Source: Nemertoderma westbladi (taxonomy: Eukaryota > Animalia > Xenacoelomorpha). Taken from it: a stretch of DNA of 57,711 bases. Numbering within the stretch: the first letter of the stretch is position 1; every line of letters starts with the position of its first letter. Position numbers and translations under genes: made by a program. This document shows, in pieces, positions 24,601-36,173 of this stretch. The stretch spans positions 1-57,711 of the forward strand of contig JAUCBJ010000847.1 of NCBI GenBank assembly GCA_032718475.1, written 5' to 3'. Under the pieces are notes generated by a model that had not been told where the DNA came from, searched no databases, and saw only the letters and a list, made by a program, of their open reading frames with translations.

Positions 24601-27600
24601 AGGAAACCGTCTATGTTCGACTTTACGGCAACGAGCAAATGGGATGCATGGAAACGGATGGGTGCGATGGAGAGAGAGGAAGCGAAACGCGAGTATATCG
24701 ATACTGTGGGGAAGTTGTTCCCGGGGTGGGGTGACGGGGGTACTGGAGGAGAGGAGGGTAGGGGTGCTGGGGTAGGGGAGAGTGGGGGTACCAGGGGAAG
24801 GGAGGTTGATAGAAATGTGGGATTTGGACCGGTTGTTAGTACCTTATGTAGAGATGACACTGAGGATGACAATGAAGGTGAAAATAAGTTGTTTGATATG
24901 GTAAAACAAGGAGATACTGCTGGACTGGACGAGTTGCTGAGTGGCGGGCTGTACGATGTTGACGATAAGGACGGTGTTGGGATGAGCATGTTGCACTGGG
25001 CATCCGATAGAGGGTTCATTGAGGTGGTTCATTTACTCTCCAGTTACTCTGCCTGCGTTAATGCTCGCGATATTGACGGACAGACGGCCCTCCATTATGC
25101 GACCTCCTGCGCCCATCCTGCCCTGGTTGCCACTCTGATGAACTACGGCGCCGACCCATTCGCCAGGGACAACGAAGGTTTAACTCCGTACGAAGTATGC
25201 GATCCAACTGTTGTAGATGAGGTTAAAGTTCTGTTGTTTAATTCCGGGTGTTCTACACATTGGGGCCTTTCATAGATCACCAAGACCAAACCATCGAAAA
25301 CGGGTAGAGTCACCACTCTCCACACCATTCAGTGTGGAGAACTAATATCTGAGGAGGGGTGGGGGGGGGGGGGGGGGGTTGTGGGGGGTGGCGTGCGAGT
25401 GACGGAGTGACGTTATAATTTCTAGTAAACTATTTTTATTTATTATGTTTCAAGGGGTAGGTTTGAAATGCAAGACGTATAATTTTTGACCTGGGTGAGA
25501 TGGTGTTAATGATGACTGATAAAAATGTATAATCATATATGGAAGGCCCCTATTGTTTAATTTCTATTAAAAGTTGAACTATAATATTAGTAATTGGACC
25601 TCTACAAATTAGCTCTTAATCATTTTATTTTTTAGAAATTTCAAATGTTTGATTACCGGTTTATCTGGTATATTTTGTGGTTCATGAAAATTATTAAAAA
25701 AATAATCACGCGTTAATATATTATGTATTTCGGCGTTTTATTGGTACAATACAGTGATCGTTTTGTACGATACTGCAGTACTAAATCACGTCAATGTTTA
25801 GTACATTACGATTCCTTGTACTCAGCTCAGATGGGGGGGGGGGGGGGGGGGGGACTCTAGACACAATCATCAAAATTCATCCCTCTCCAGGGAAAAATCA
25901 GCGCAACTAACAGCTGATTGCGAGAAAATATGAAACTGTAACATGTGCCAATGTCTTTCATTTATTATTTTAATTATAATAACGTGCTGTTAATTTGGAT
26001 GTGATCCGCGTGAAGCCCTCTACAATATGTCCTTATTTGTTAAGTTCTATTGGAATGGCGTTGTGAAATATATGCGGCGAAGATTAGATTATTAGATAGA
26101 GCGGCGAAGATTGGATTACGTCCAGGTTCTTTGTCGACCCTTGAATCGAGATAATGGATTTGGATTATATGAAATTTCTCTCGAGTCTTTCCTTTATTAA
26201 AATAAACACTATGAATTCTCAGAATAACATAAATATAAAGAGATATCATAATTCTAGATACCTTATGACTTTGCTATTAATGTTTATTTCGGAAGCTTTG
26301 CTTCTAGACTGTAATTTTCTACCTCACTGTAATATCTCAAATTTGTTTCTGTTTTTTATATTTTCAAATTTAATGTCTCTTTATTGGTCCTTTCTGTCGT
26401 GCAATGTGAAAAGACAGAAGTCACATTTTTCCATCGCTCTATCTAGTAGTAATGGTATAAATAAACGAGAATACCGTATCTACTCTAGTTATCGGAGATA
26501 TTCAATGTAAAAAGGCAAGTTAAAACATATGTATAGTGTTACTAAGGAAAAGGACCGTAAGTGCAATACAAAAGACCGCAACTACTGTACTTAACTTTAT
26601 GCAAAAAACCATAAATCAACAAGACTTGTGGTCTTTTCACATTGCATGGCAGCTTTGGCTGTGCGTTGCGTACTTGTAATAATATTAGGCATACACTACG
26701 AATTCCGCATCATGCTGTCATGTAGGACAACGACACACTTAATTACATTTATATGTTCTGCATCTATATGTTATATGGGGGTGAGACCTGGACACTGACT
26801 AAATCACTTGAACAACGAATTTATGGTTGCTACACAAGACTACTAAGGGCAGCCCTAAACATCAGCTGGAGACAACACATGACAAACGCCGAGCTTTATG
26901 GTACAATACCACCTGTATCAACCACCCTCCGTTAACGCAGATTAAGATTCAGTGGGCACTGCTGGCGAAGTAAAGACGAGGTCATACCAGATCTACTTCT
27001 CTGGCAACCAACTCATGGAAAGCGTAGTCGTGGACGACCGGCCATAACATATATAGATCAACTTGAAAGGGATACTGAACTTGGGAGAAACGAAATTGCG
27101 ACAACTATGGAGAATCGGGAAGCCTGGAAGGATCTCATTTCCACTGTCCGAGTTCGCTCGACCTAGTAGTAGTAGTAGTATATGTTCTGCAACTACTGAA
27201 CTAGCCAGGAAGTACACGACCTACGTCTAGGTTTATTCGGCATAACTTCTGGATTTAGACCTTCCAGATTCCTGTGATGTGTAATTCGATTTGCTAATGG
27301 CCCGCAGTACATCTTGAGGTTCAGCCCCATAAATAGCCATGATACAAATTCAATTACCATTGTTATTACCATGTGATGCAACGGATTCACACCTACACCT
27401 ACGCTCGGTCTAATGAACAGTCGGTATGTGTTGGATATGTGATATGAGGGGACCGGACGACGGGATAGGCCTAAGCTGAAATATATCTGACCGACCGTAA
27501 TGCTACATAATGTCAAATGAGATACTGGTATCATGCAGACAGGTACATGATACCGTGGATAACACAGACAGAGAGACGTACGTCAGTACGTGCATACGTA

Positions 27601-29281
27601 GGCCACTGCTACTGTACTGCAGTCAGTACTCAGGTACTGGCAGAATTGAGTCTGTAGTTCTGGGGCGAGCCACGTAGTGAGTATCAAGTCCGTGGTATCA
27701 CTACGCTGCTGGTGCGAGCCACATAATGGGGCGACTTCAGGGTATCCCTACTACAGTACAGTATGCTAATAATGACTAGCACTACATCCCTGTGGCTCTG
27801 TCCAATTGTTAAGCCAGTATACTGTATCTCGCCTCTATTACTAACTAGCATCGCTACACTCTACTTAGAAATGTGGTACAGTACTACACTACATACATAC
27901 ATTAAATATTCGTTTGCCATATTGCACGTCATAGATGAAATAATAAATAGTTGTAACCACTAAAAACGAGGTTCAATTGTCCAAAAAAATATAATCTATG
28001 ATCGATTATTAATAATTTAAGAGTTACATCCTCAAACATTATTTTAATTTTGTAGGGCCTACATATTATTTATTGAACGTTATATTTGAATTCATTATTT
28101 TCCCATACTAGATACCTCGGTGTAACTATCGGGGGCCCCTACAAGTACAGCCTGGATCCACCGAATGCGAATAAAGAGAGACTCGAAATGGAGAGACAGA
28201 AGAAAGCAATGAAGGGCGGTGCATTTAAAGTGAGTGTTCCTAGCGTTACATTATCGTTTACTCTGAGTATAAAGTGAGTGTTCCTAACGTTACATTATGG
28301 TTTACTCTGAGTTTAAAGTGAGTGTTCCTAACGTTACATTATGGTTTACTCATTTAAAGTGAGTGTTCCTAACGTTACATTATGGTTTACTCTGAGTTTA
28401 AAGTGAGTGTTCCTAACGTTACATTATCGTTTACTCTGAGTATAAATTATCTGTGATACGGGGGTGATACCAAAGGAAAAGGCTGACCCTGTCACAAACT
28501 GCAACAACAGAACATTTTTTAAGTTGGGGTCAACGAAAATTGTAATGATTGTTTTATGAACGCACTATCAGTCACTAGCCACACTTTCAACCCCCATTCA
28601 TGATAGGCTTATATTTAATAACTTAAATTATGTTTCAGGTATTGACAGGTCATAATGGTCTATTTGATGAGAACCCTTTCAGATCAGATAGACCTCTTGG
28701 TCCAGCTAAATCCACGGGGAGCTCTAAAAAAATCGAAAGGCCATTTCGGCCAAGTCACCCAGGAAAGTTGGTAAGTGTAAGACCGGACCGGTAGGCCTAC
28801 ATTAAGGTTATCTTGTTATGTTCTGGGATAAATATTTAAAAGTGTTATAAATATTTACACATATTAATTAATATTAACTAGAAATCTATGTTTCAACTTT
28901 TTTAGGAAATTGTAAAAATAATGGTATCGTTTACAAGGCGTTCTAGAATACATAAGCTTCCAAAACAGAACGAAAATTCTGTCGTCGTTGGTTCAACCCC
29001 AAGTACAACTTATTACAACAATATCATATGTATTATCTAATCCTTCTTTATTATCTCTAATACTTTAGCTTGGAGGCGGTAAACACGGTACATTCGACCC
29101 CTACCCATCTCATTCCAGCGACAAATACATGGTGAAATCGAAAACAACTAAATTCTCGAAGCAGTGGGTCCCGAACGCCGGACCGAAAACATGTCCAGTC
29201 GATTCGATTCTGTCCAAAAACGTCGATAAGGAAGTCAACAACCTCAACTCTAGACACGTGAAATCTGTGATGTACTCATGA
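18537..29281 (+). CDS. CFAP96: Cilia- and flagella-associated protein 96 (C4orf47/UPF0602), 300 aa: join(18537..18618,19696..19883,20458..20627,28112..28229,28639..28770,29069..29281)
   Basis: The exons splice in frame (82+188+170+118+132+213=903 nt) with GT-AG introns. Motifs KTDMERLGIF, KQMLPGGSKE, GYFDKQFVRVFEGEG, GSYYGTLGG, PGKLGTGYGY, FRPSHPGK and GTFDPYPSHS match CFAP96. AATAAA lies at 29298-29303. Confidence 0.93.
19696..19883 (+). CDS. CFAP96: CFAP96 coding exon 2
   Basis: tttacag| ...KGKQMLPGGSKE...ASKRNVGK |gtaagg; a second in-frame donor follows 19922. Confidence 0.9.
20458..20627 (+). CDS. CFAP96: CFAP96 coding exon 3
   Basis: caatag| EFIPVSG...GSYYGTLGG...PGKLGTGY GG|gtaagc. 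Confidence 0.9.
21231..21445 (+). mobile_element. tRNA-derived SINE (same family as 9113-9464)
   Basis: B-box GGTTCAATCCC and shared body tttaaatgctgcagcctagcc...ggtcgataaatgggaacc. Confidence 0.8.
23340..23729 (+). CDS. Hypothetical small membrane protein A (129 aa), nested in CFAP96 intron 3
   Basis: Intact ATG-to-TAG ORF with a Gly-rich hydrophobic hairpin (PYFYTGVAVGWPIAMLTRPIALIVAGGIGFCVG). Protein-level similarity to the next ORF argues that both are coding. Confidence 0.7.
   Translation: MSDDKSSNNKNTDIKTPVERTDDITGSIRSTLEFVKDIEIFQNLQNKLADNFSFMRQSGVIEIVSHPYFYTGVAVGWPIAMLTRPIALIVAGGIGFCVGRLSCAGETNLFNTGITDKILTGSDKSEGSK
23916..24341 (+). CDS. Hypothetical small membrane protein B (141 aa), paralog of A, nested in CFAP96 intron 3
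   Basis: Intact ORF. LRDSKVKDVVFSPYFLCGAIIAWPTARLIKSPSLGSLIVIGTGFVAGGL aligns with MRQSGVIEIVSHPYFYTGVAVGWPIAMLTRPIALIVAGGIGFCVGRL of ORF A. Confidence 0.7.
   Translation: MSSDNRETIAVTTTSNSNETIHGLNPRSEIIDTKELHRGRLLVDRALQLIHYESFDSYIKTLRDSKVKDVVFSPYFLCGAIIAWPTARLIKSPSLGSLIVIGTGFVAGGLYFGPFQIPKYPLPGRTEMYPTPKGDTSKGPQ
24481..25275 (+). CDS. ACBD6: Acyl-CoA-binding domain and ankyrin repeat protein (ACBD6-like), 264 aa, intronless, nested
   Basis: An ACB domain (LTLYGLYKQATVGKC...KP..FDF....KWDAW) is followed by a Gly-rich linker, GFGPVVSTL and two ankyrin repeats (GMSMLHWASDRG, DGQTALHYATSC). This is the ACBD6 architecture. Confidence 0.92.
   Translation: MSEFNLASELVRRSTGSISESDMLTLYGLYKQATVGKCETRKPSMFDFTATSKWDAWKRMGAMEREEAKREYIDTVGKLFPGWGDGGTGGEEGRGAGVGESGGTRGREVDRNVGFGPVVSTLCRDDTEDDNEGENKLFDMVKQGDTAGLDELLSGGLYDVDDKDGVGMSMLHWASDRGFIEVVHLLSSYSACVNARDIDGQTALHYATSCAHPALVATLMNYGADPFARDNEGLTPYEVCDPTVVDEVKVLLFNSGCSTHWGLS
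26760..27180 (+). mobile_element. RTE-clade LINE 3' fragment
   Basis: LYGGETWTLTK...GCYTRLLRAALNISWRQH...RRLRFSGHCWR...GRP..TYIDQL, with one in-frame stop at about 26935 and a (TAG)n tail. Confidence 0.88.
28112..28229 (+). CDS. CFAP96: CFAP96 coding exon 4
   Basis: atactag| YLGVTIGG...MKGGAFK |gtgagt. Confidence 0.9.
28226..28446 (+). repeat. 44-bp tandem repeat (5 copies), each carrying the exon 4 splice donor
   Basis: TAAA|GTGAGTGTTCCTA, with GT at 28230, 28274, 28318, 28359 and 28403. Confidence 0.95.
28639..28770 (+). CDS. CFAP96: CFAP96 coding exon 5
   Basis: tttcag| VLTGHNGLFDENPF...FRPSHPGKL |gtaagt. Confidence 0.9.
29069..29281 (+). CDS. CFAP96: CFAP96 coding exon 6 (terminal)
   Basis: ctttag| LGGGKHGTFDPYPSHS...GPKTCPVDSI...VMYS TGA. 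Confidence 0.9.
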   Translation, partial: LGGGKHGTFDPYPSHSSDKYMVKSKTTKFSKQWVPNAGPKTCPVDSILSKNVDKEVNNLNSRHVKSVMYS

Positions 29282-30959
29282 GAATCTCGTACCTATAAAT
29301 AAAACTATTAAGATAATATGAAAAGCACAACAACTACCAGAATTATAAGACTAAAAGATACTCACACGAACCCATGTTATTGTAAACTGAACTAACATTT
29401 ATTGGACTTCGTATTTAGTCCCTTTGAGCCTCCTACTGTATATATGTTCAGTACCGTAATCGCTTAAGGCCTTCGGGTGTTTTTTGACCACTTTTTTCCC
29501 AAGTGAAAAGTCCAAAAAAGGTAAGCAAATGTTAACATTATCTGTTTAAATTAAAGGCCAACCCAACAGTTTCCAAAACAAAACACACATTCATTACTTC
29601 AATGAAAGTTCTACATTCGAAAGTAAGAAACAGCGAAAATACATTTCTTGTTCTAAAATATTTTTACTAACTGATATGGTATTAATTCATAAATTGTTTA
29701 TTTTTCCCGAACATATTGCAAAATGGAGAGAAAAAAAGAGTACGTTTTTTCCCTAGGGAAGGATCCCAAGGAATTGCATTGATTTTCATTTTTACCCACC
29801 AAAAAAAACAAAAGGAAAACGTAATAATTATTTACTAGGCCTAAGCCCTACATGGGAAAAAGTGGAATTTCGAAGGTTCGAGCGAATATTGAAATAAATA
29901 TTCTACGTTTTTTCCCATGTAAGCCTAATCCTTAGGTTATTTTATTCTTAAATTGGTACTTTTTCGTTGTTCAATTCTTTAGTAAATGATACAGCGATAT
30001 AGTGTTACAAAATAAATTTAACTGTAGTATTTTCCTATATTGCTTCGAATATAGGAAATTATGATGCTACCTTAACTCAATGTTAAATAATTTTGTGTTC
30101 TTGAATAGTTATTACTTAACTAGAGAGCCGCTTAACTCCAATATTGGATGGATATTGTGTTCTGTTTTGGAGTAATGTGCGCCTTGAACATTTACGAAAT
30201 TACACCAAATATATTTTATTTTACTTTTTACGCCGGGAAAATAAATAAAATCAATGCCTGGTGCCTTTCAGTCTTGTTTCTGTGAAGCAGTATTACCAGA
30301 GCCATTTTTCATTTAAATTTAAATTTTGAATTTCCCTCTTGAAGGCGGGCCTTTACATATGTGAGACAGCTTCCCTTTTTCCACCCTTACTGATTTATTG
30401 TAGCCTTTTATACGCTAAATACACAATACCAAGAGGTCTTAGATATTTCTTAACCAATATTTTTTGAAATTTAAATTTCCCGCCAATTTTATTGGCAAAT
30501 TTGTTAAATTGACTCAAAATGTTAAGGATCGTGACCAAGTACAGTACTTGAAATGTTACGACATTTGGTATGGGGCATCTAATGGGGTTGATACGCAAAA
30601 GTTATAGAGGACTTTGATGTATTTTGTTTTATAACCAAAAATTAAAAAATAAAAAAAAAATGACATTTTTCGGTTTTTGGCACCAAAATCTCACTTCTAC
30701 AGTATATAACTTTTCAAAATTTAGTCTATAACTTTGGATCAGTCACGTCTCATGAACATTGTGTTAAAATTTCAACACAAACTTTACAAAATTGACTGAC
30801 TAGTAGCATTTTGATTTCAGCAAAAATGGAGAATTTACATTTCGAGTAGGCCCTAAATAGCATTTAAAGTTTGAACCTCCCCGCGCAAATTGGTCAGTCT
30901 CTCTATGTCACTGCCGATATGAATTAATTAAAATAGTCATTTATGAATGATTTTAAGGA

Positions 30960-31590
30960 AGCAGACAGCTGAAATTTTCCCAATGGGGGTTTACGTCGTA
31001 ACTGATTTCAATTCTGATGTCAGTTTTCAAATTAAGAGAAATCAACTCTGCCTGTCTGGCTGTCTGTAGGAATGTCTGTCTGTTTGCTGGTTTGTCCGTC
31101 AAAATATAATAAAACACGCAAAATATCTAAAAGTTTCGCGTTGGGGGTTTTCCATGTCGCTGATTTAATTTCCGATGTCAGTTTTGATTTTTGATTGAAT
31201 TTTGTCTGTCTATCTATCAGTTTGGCTGTCTGTCAGTATATCTATTTGTCTGTTAGAATGTCGGTCAACATACAAAAACACACATTCTAGCTAACATTTT
31301 CATTATGGGGGTTTTCGGGGTCGCTGATTTCATCAGTTTTGATGTTCGGCAAAATCTAGTCTGACTGTTTAAGTCGGGAAACACATTTTTTGGGGAAAAT
31401 AATATTAATCATATTTTTATGGAGACATTCCATGGAAACACGAGTGTTTCTCGAAAACTAAACAATATAATTCAAAACGGATTTCAGATTCGGAATCTGC
31501 ATAACATTTCGCATTAGAGTTTGTAAAACACCAGATATCGACAAATTTTTCGAAATTTGACGTTTGGTACTAACGGAGCCTCGCCCCAAG
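30960..31590 (+). mobile_element. Degenerate HINE/DINE-1-like element
   Basis: Three internal ~160-bp repeats (gggggttt..gtcgctgattt... followed by tgtctgtc tracts) end in gagcctcgcccca, which is complementary to the tgtggggcgag terminus of the other HINE-like copies. Confidence 0.45.
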
Positions 31591-34086
31591 CGGATCTACA
31601 GTGATCGGTGGTAACCCTCGATGTTGATGAACAGACAATTCAAAACGCGCCTTCAAAGCCCGTTTTATTGTCCATAAATTGGTGGAACGTGTAATTGTTA
31701 TGTCGACAGCAGAGAAGCAACATCCGATAATTTAATAACATTACTAAAATTAATTACATATTTAATTAATAACATTTTAGCCTTTCCAATAAACGGCCTA
31801 CAGTAGGTAGGCCTATGTGTTGCACTAGCTGCAAATGTCGGTATTTCTGCCCTAGTAATTACTATATTTCAATTCCAGTTATCCACGGAAAATGGCCATT
31901 GGCTGAGGGTCACTTTGGCATATATAGATGTTGTTTATTTTCTCAATGATTAAGTCCAATCCAATTCAAATATTACGTTATACACGTTTCTGTTATAATT
32001 AATTATACAATTATTAATTGCTGTCGGTTATCTTGAGTCAGTGGTCTGCTGTCGGCATAACCCCTACTAATGATATTAAAAGATAATACGATAAAATAAT
32101 ATATCACGGTATTCACGATATTATTATTCAAATATTAATAATGTACTAACTATCCCAAGTATGATAATAATGACAATATTATATTTGAAAAAAAAACAAC
32201 TCTAAGACTGCACAAACAGCTAACAATATATTATTTTAGAGCATTTTAACTTTATTTAAAATATGGGTCAAAAACAAGAAACATTATCGAATTAGTTGCG
32301 CAAATGTTTGTGGGCAATTTGGAAACATCTTGGAAACATCAAATCGTTATGCGGAGTTTACACAAAAGTTTTGTGCGCAGTTTGACAAAAGATTAGTGTG
32401 GATTTTGCACAGAAGTTTGTGCGCGTGCGCGGTTTGCACAATGGTTTGTGCATGTGGAGTTTGCACGATATATGTGGAAACGCATTAATAATTATAACTG
32501 AGAGCAATGAAACAGTTTGTTTGAAGCAATTACTAATGCTTTACCAAGGTTAAATTCATGACGTCACACACAGAGATCCCTACTAACAGTTGCACAATGT
32601 CAGCTGTTATTTAAAGTCGCTATTAAATTCTACTATATAAACCGCCGTCATGTTATGAGTGCAATGAAAATGTTAGGATTGGTGTGCGAAAAAATTGTTT
32701 GCTAAGACCTAAGAAACAATCGCATTCGGGTTATCAAGGGGAAGTGATTCGAATGGCGACTGGGTGTGTTAAAATGCGAAGGAAGTAAAATAAACACGAG
32801 AATTTAAGATGGTGATGTAAGGAAATTGAAAAAATAAATATTATGCATTATGTTATGCATCAAACTGGCATCCATTGTTTCTTACGAAATCTCAACGCAT
32901 TCAACGTTGACATACAGACTGTACACACCGTGCGGTTTACAGGTGCCCATTGAAAAAATTGTAATAAAATTAAAGTCACCTGATGAATCAACCGTCAACA
33001 GACAGAAAATCAGCTACCGAATCCGTACCGTTGGGTACCCCCTGCTGTAACAGGGCGGTGTAGCGCTGGCGATTAGAAATATGTGCTTACACGTAGATTA
33101 TGTGCGAAACCACTGGCTACACGGCCCGGGGGGTACAAACACACAAGGGCATCAATACGATCAGTGATAATTACAAGCGTTTTCCAAAACAAAAAAAAAT
33201 TATAATAAATTTATAATAACAACACCATCCTTGAAGCTACAACTAGATCGGTATACTGACAAAAGGTTTGGCAATTTATGTTGGTACTGAGTTGAGTTAA
33301 AGTTCCAATAAATTAAAATCCTCGATATTTAAACACTATTATATTGATACTCGGTTATTTTTTGTTCACTGATGCCAGCCAGTTCAGTTCCACTTAGAAT
33401 AAATTGTAAATCCAAACATGGAATAGGCTGGTTCTTACCAACTAAGATAAACTATACCAGACAATAATTCATTATTAACTAAATTAAATTTAGGATAAGA
33501 ACTAAGGGTAATTAACACTGCTCCACTTCAAATTGTTTACCGCAGAAACCAATCATGTCAACAACATTATAATAAATATTGCCTCACTTACAAAATGATG
33601 TTTTATATTACAATAAAGTACTTATTTTCATGTAGTGTCATACTTATAAAAACACCCCCCGAGACAGAATGGAAATAACTGCTCTATTTCGTATTATAGT
33701 AAATAATTATTATAACCAATCGCGAATTAGATCAACATAACAATAGCATCAACCGTTATTCAAATTTTAACGTTATTTTTAAAAATTACAGTCTTGGAAA
33801 AAATAGCACAATTTATCATTTGTGTTTTGCTGTTAAAGTGACGTTTGTGTAACTGAGATCATTATTAGAACTGGATCCCTCTGGAAAGCAGTTCACCAAG
33901 ATTAATAATAAAATTAAATTAAATTAGACTGGTTGTTACGCCTATGTAAAGCACTTCAGTTTGTAGAAGTTTTTTTGTAATTTTATTTAGAGTATTTTAC
34001 TAACTCGATTTAAACTTTTAAAATATTGCGCACAAAAATAATTTTAATAACACATGTTTCAAAATATTGTGCGCGACTATTAGGTG

Positions 34087-36173
34087 TGTGTGCGTCAGAA
34101 CCCAGTAAGTCTCAATGTACCATATGTGTGCGTCAGAACCAAATAAGTCTCAATGTACCATATGTGTGCGTCAGAACCAAATAAGTCTCAATGTACCATA
34201 TATGTGCGTCAGAACCAAATAAGTCTCAATGTACCATATGTGTGCGTCAGAACCAAATAAGTATCAATGTACCATATGTGTGCGTCAGAACCAAATAAGT
34301 CTCAATGTACCATATGTGTGCGTCAGAACCAAATAAGTCTCAATGTACCATATGTGTGCGTCAGAACCAAATAAGTCTCAATGTACCATATGTGTGCGTC
34401 AGAACCAAATAAGTCTCAATGTACCATAATGTGTGCGTCAGAACCAAATAAGTCTCAATGTACCATATGTGTGCGTCAGAACCAAATAAGTATCAATGTA
34501 CCATATGTGTGCGTCAGAACCAAATAAGTCTCAATGTACCATATGTGTGCGTCAGAACCAAATAAGTCTCAATGTACCATATGTGTGCGTCAGAACCAAA
34601 TAAGTCTCGATGTACCATATGTGTGCGTCAGAACCAAATAAGTCTCAATGTACCATATGTGTGCGTCAGAACCAAATAAGTATCAATGTACCAATGTGTG
34701 CGTCAGAACCAAATAAGTCTCAATGTACCATATGTGTGCGTCAGAACCAAATAAGTCTCAATGTACCATATGTGTGCGTCAGAACCAAATAAGTCTCAAT
34801 GTACCATATGTGTGCGTCAGAACCAAATAAGTCTCAATGTACCATATGTGTGCGTCAGAACCAAATAAGTATCAATGTACCATATGTGTGCGTCAGAACC
34901 AAATAAGTCTCAATGTACCATATGTGTGCGTCAGAACCAAATAAGTCTCAATGTACCATATGTGTGCGTCAGAACCAAATAAGTCTCAATGTACCATATG
35001 TGTGCGTCAGAAACAAATAAGTCTCAATGTACCATATGTGTGCGTCAGAACCAAATAAGTTTCAATGTACCACCATATGTGTGCGTCAGAACCAAATAAG
35101 TCTCAATGTACCACCATATGTGTGCGTCAGAACCAAATAAGTCTCAATGTACCATATGTGTGCGTCAGAACCAAATAAGTCTCAATGTACCATATGTGTG
35201 CGTCAGAACCAAATAAGTCTCAATGTACCATATGTGTACGTCAGAACCAAATAAGTCTCAATGTACCATATGTGTGCGTCAGAACCAAATAAGTCTCAAT
35301 GTACCATATGTGTGCGTCAGAACCAAATAAGTATCAATGTACCAATGTGTGCGTCAGAACCAAATAAGTCTCAATGTACCATATGTGTGCGTCAGAACCA
35401 AATAAGTCTCAATGTACCATATGTGTGCGTCAGAACCAAATAAGTATCAATGTACCAATGTGTGCGTCAGAACCAAATAAGTCTCAATGTACCATATGTG
35501 TGCGTCAGAACCAAATAAGTATCAATGTATCAATGTGTGCGTCAGAACCAAATAAGTATCAATGTACCAATGTGTGCGTCAGAACCAAATAAGTCTCAAT
35601 GTACCATATGTGTGCGTCAGAACCAAATAGTCTCAATGTACCATATGTGTGCGTCAGAACCAAATAAGTATCAATGTACCAATGTGTGCGTCAGAACCAA
35701 ATAAGTCTCAATGTACCATATGTGTGCGTCAGAACCAAATAAGTCTCAATGTACCATATGTGTGCGTCAGAACCAAATAAGTATCAATGTACCAATGTGT
35801 GCGTCAGAACCAAATAAGTCTCAATGTACCATATGTGTGCGTCAGAACCAAATAAGTATCAATGTACCATATGTGTGCGTCAGAACCAAATAAGTCTCAA
35901 TGTACCATATGTGTGCATCAGAACCAAATAAGTCTCAATGTACCATATGTGTGCGTCAGAACCAAATAAGTATCAATGTACCATATGTGTGCGTCAGAAC
36001 CAAATAAGTCTCAATGTACCATATGTGTGCGTCAGAACCAAATAAGTATCAATGTACCATATGTGTGCGTCAGAACCAAATAAGTCTCAATGTACCATAT
36101 GTGTGCGTCAGAAGCAAATAAGTATCAATGTACCATATGTGTGCGTCAGAACCAAATAAGTATCAATGTACCA
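34087..36173. repeat. 38-bp tandem array, about 55 copies
   Basis: Unit ATGTACCATATGTGTGCGTCAGAACCAAATAAGTCTCA, lying between the converging 3' ends of CFAP96 and Gq. Confidence 0.98.

Noticed and set aside
24558-25019. 153-aa minus-strand ORF
   Set aside because: Antisense shadow of the GC-rich ACBD6 coding sequence.
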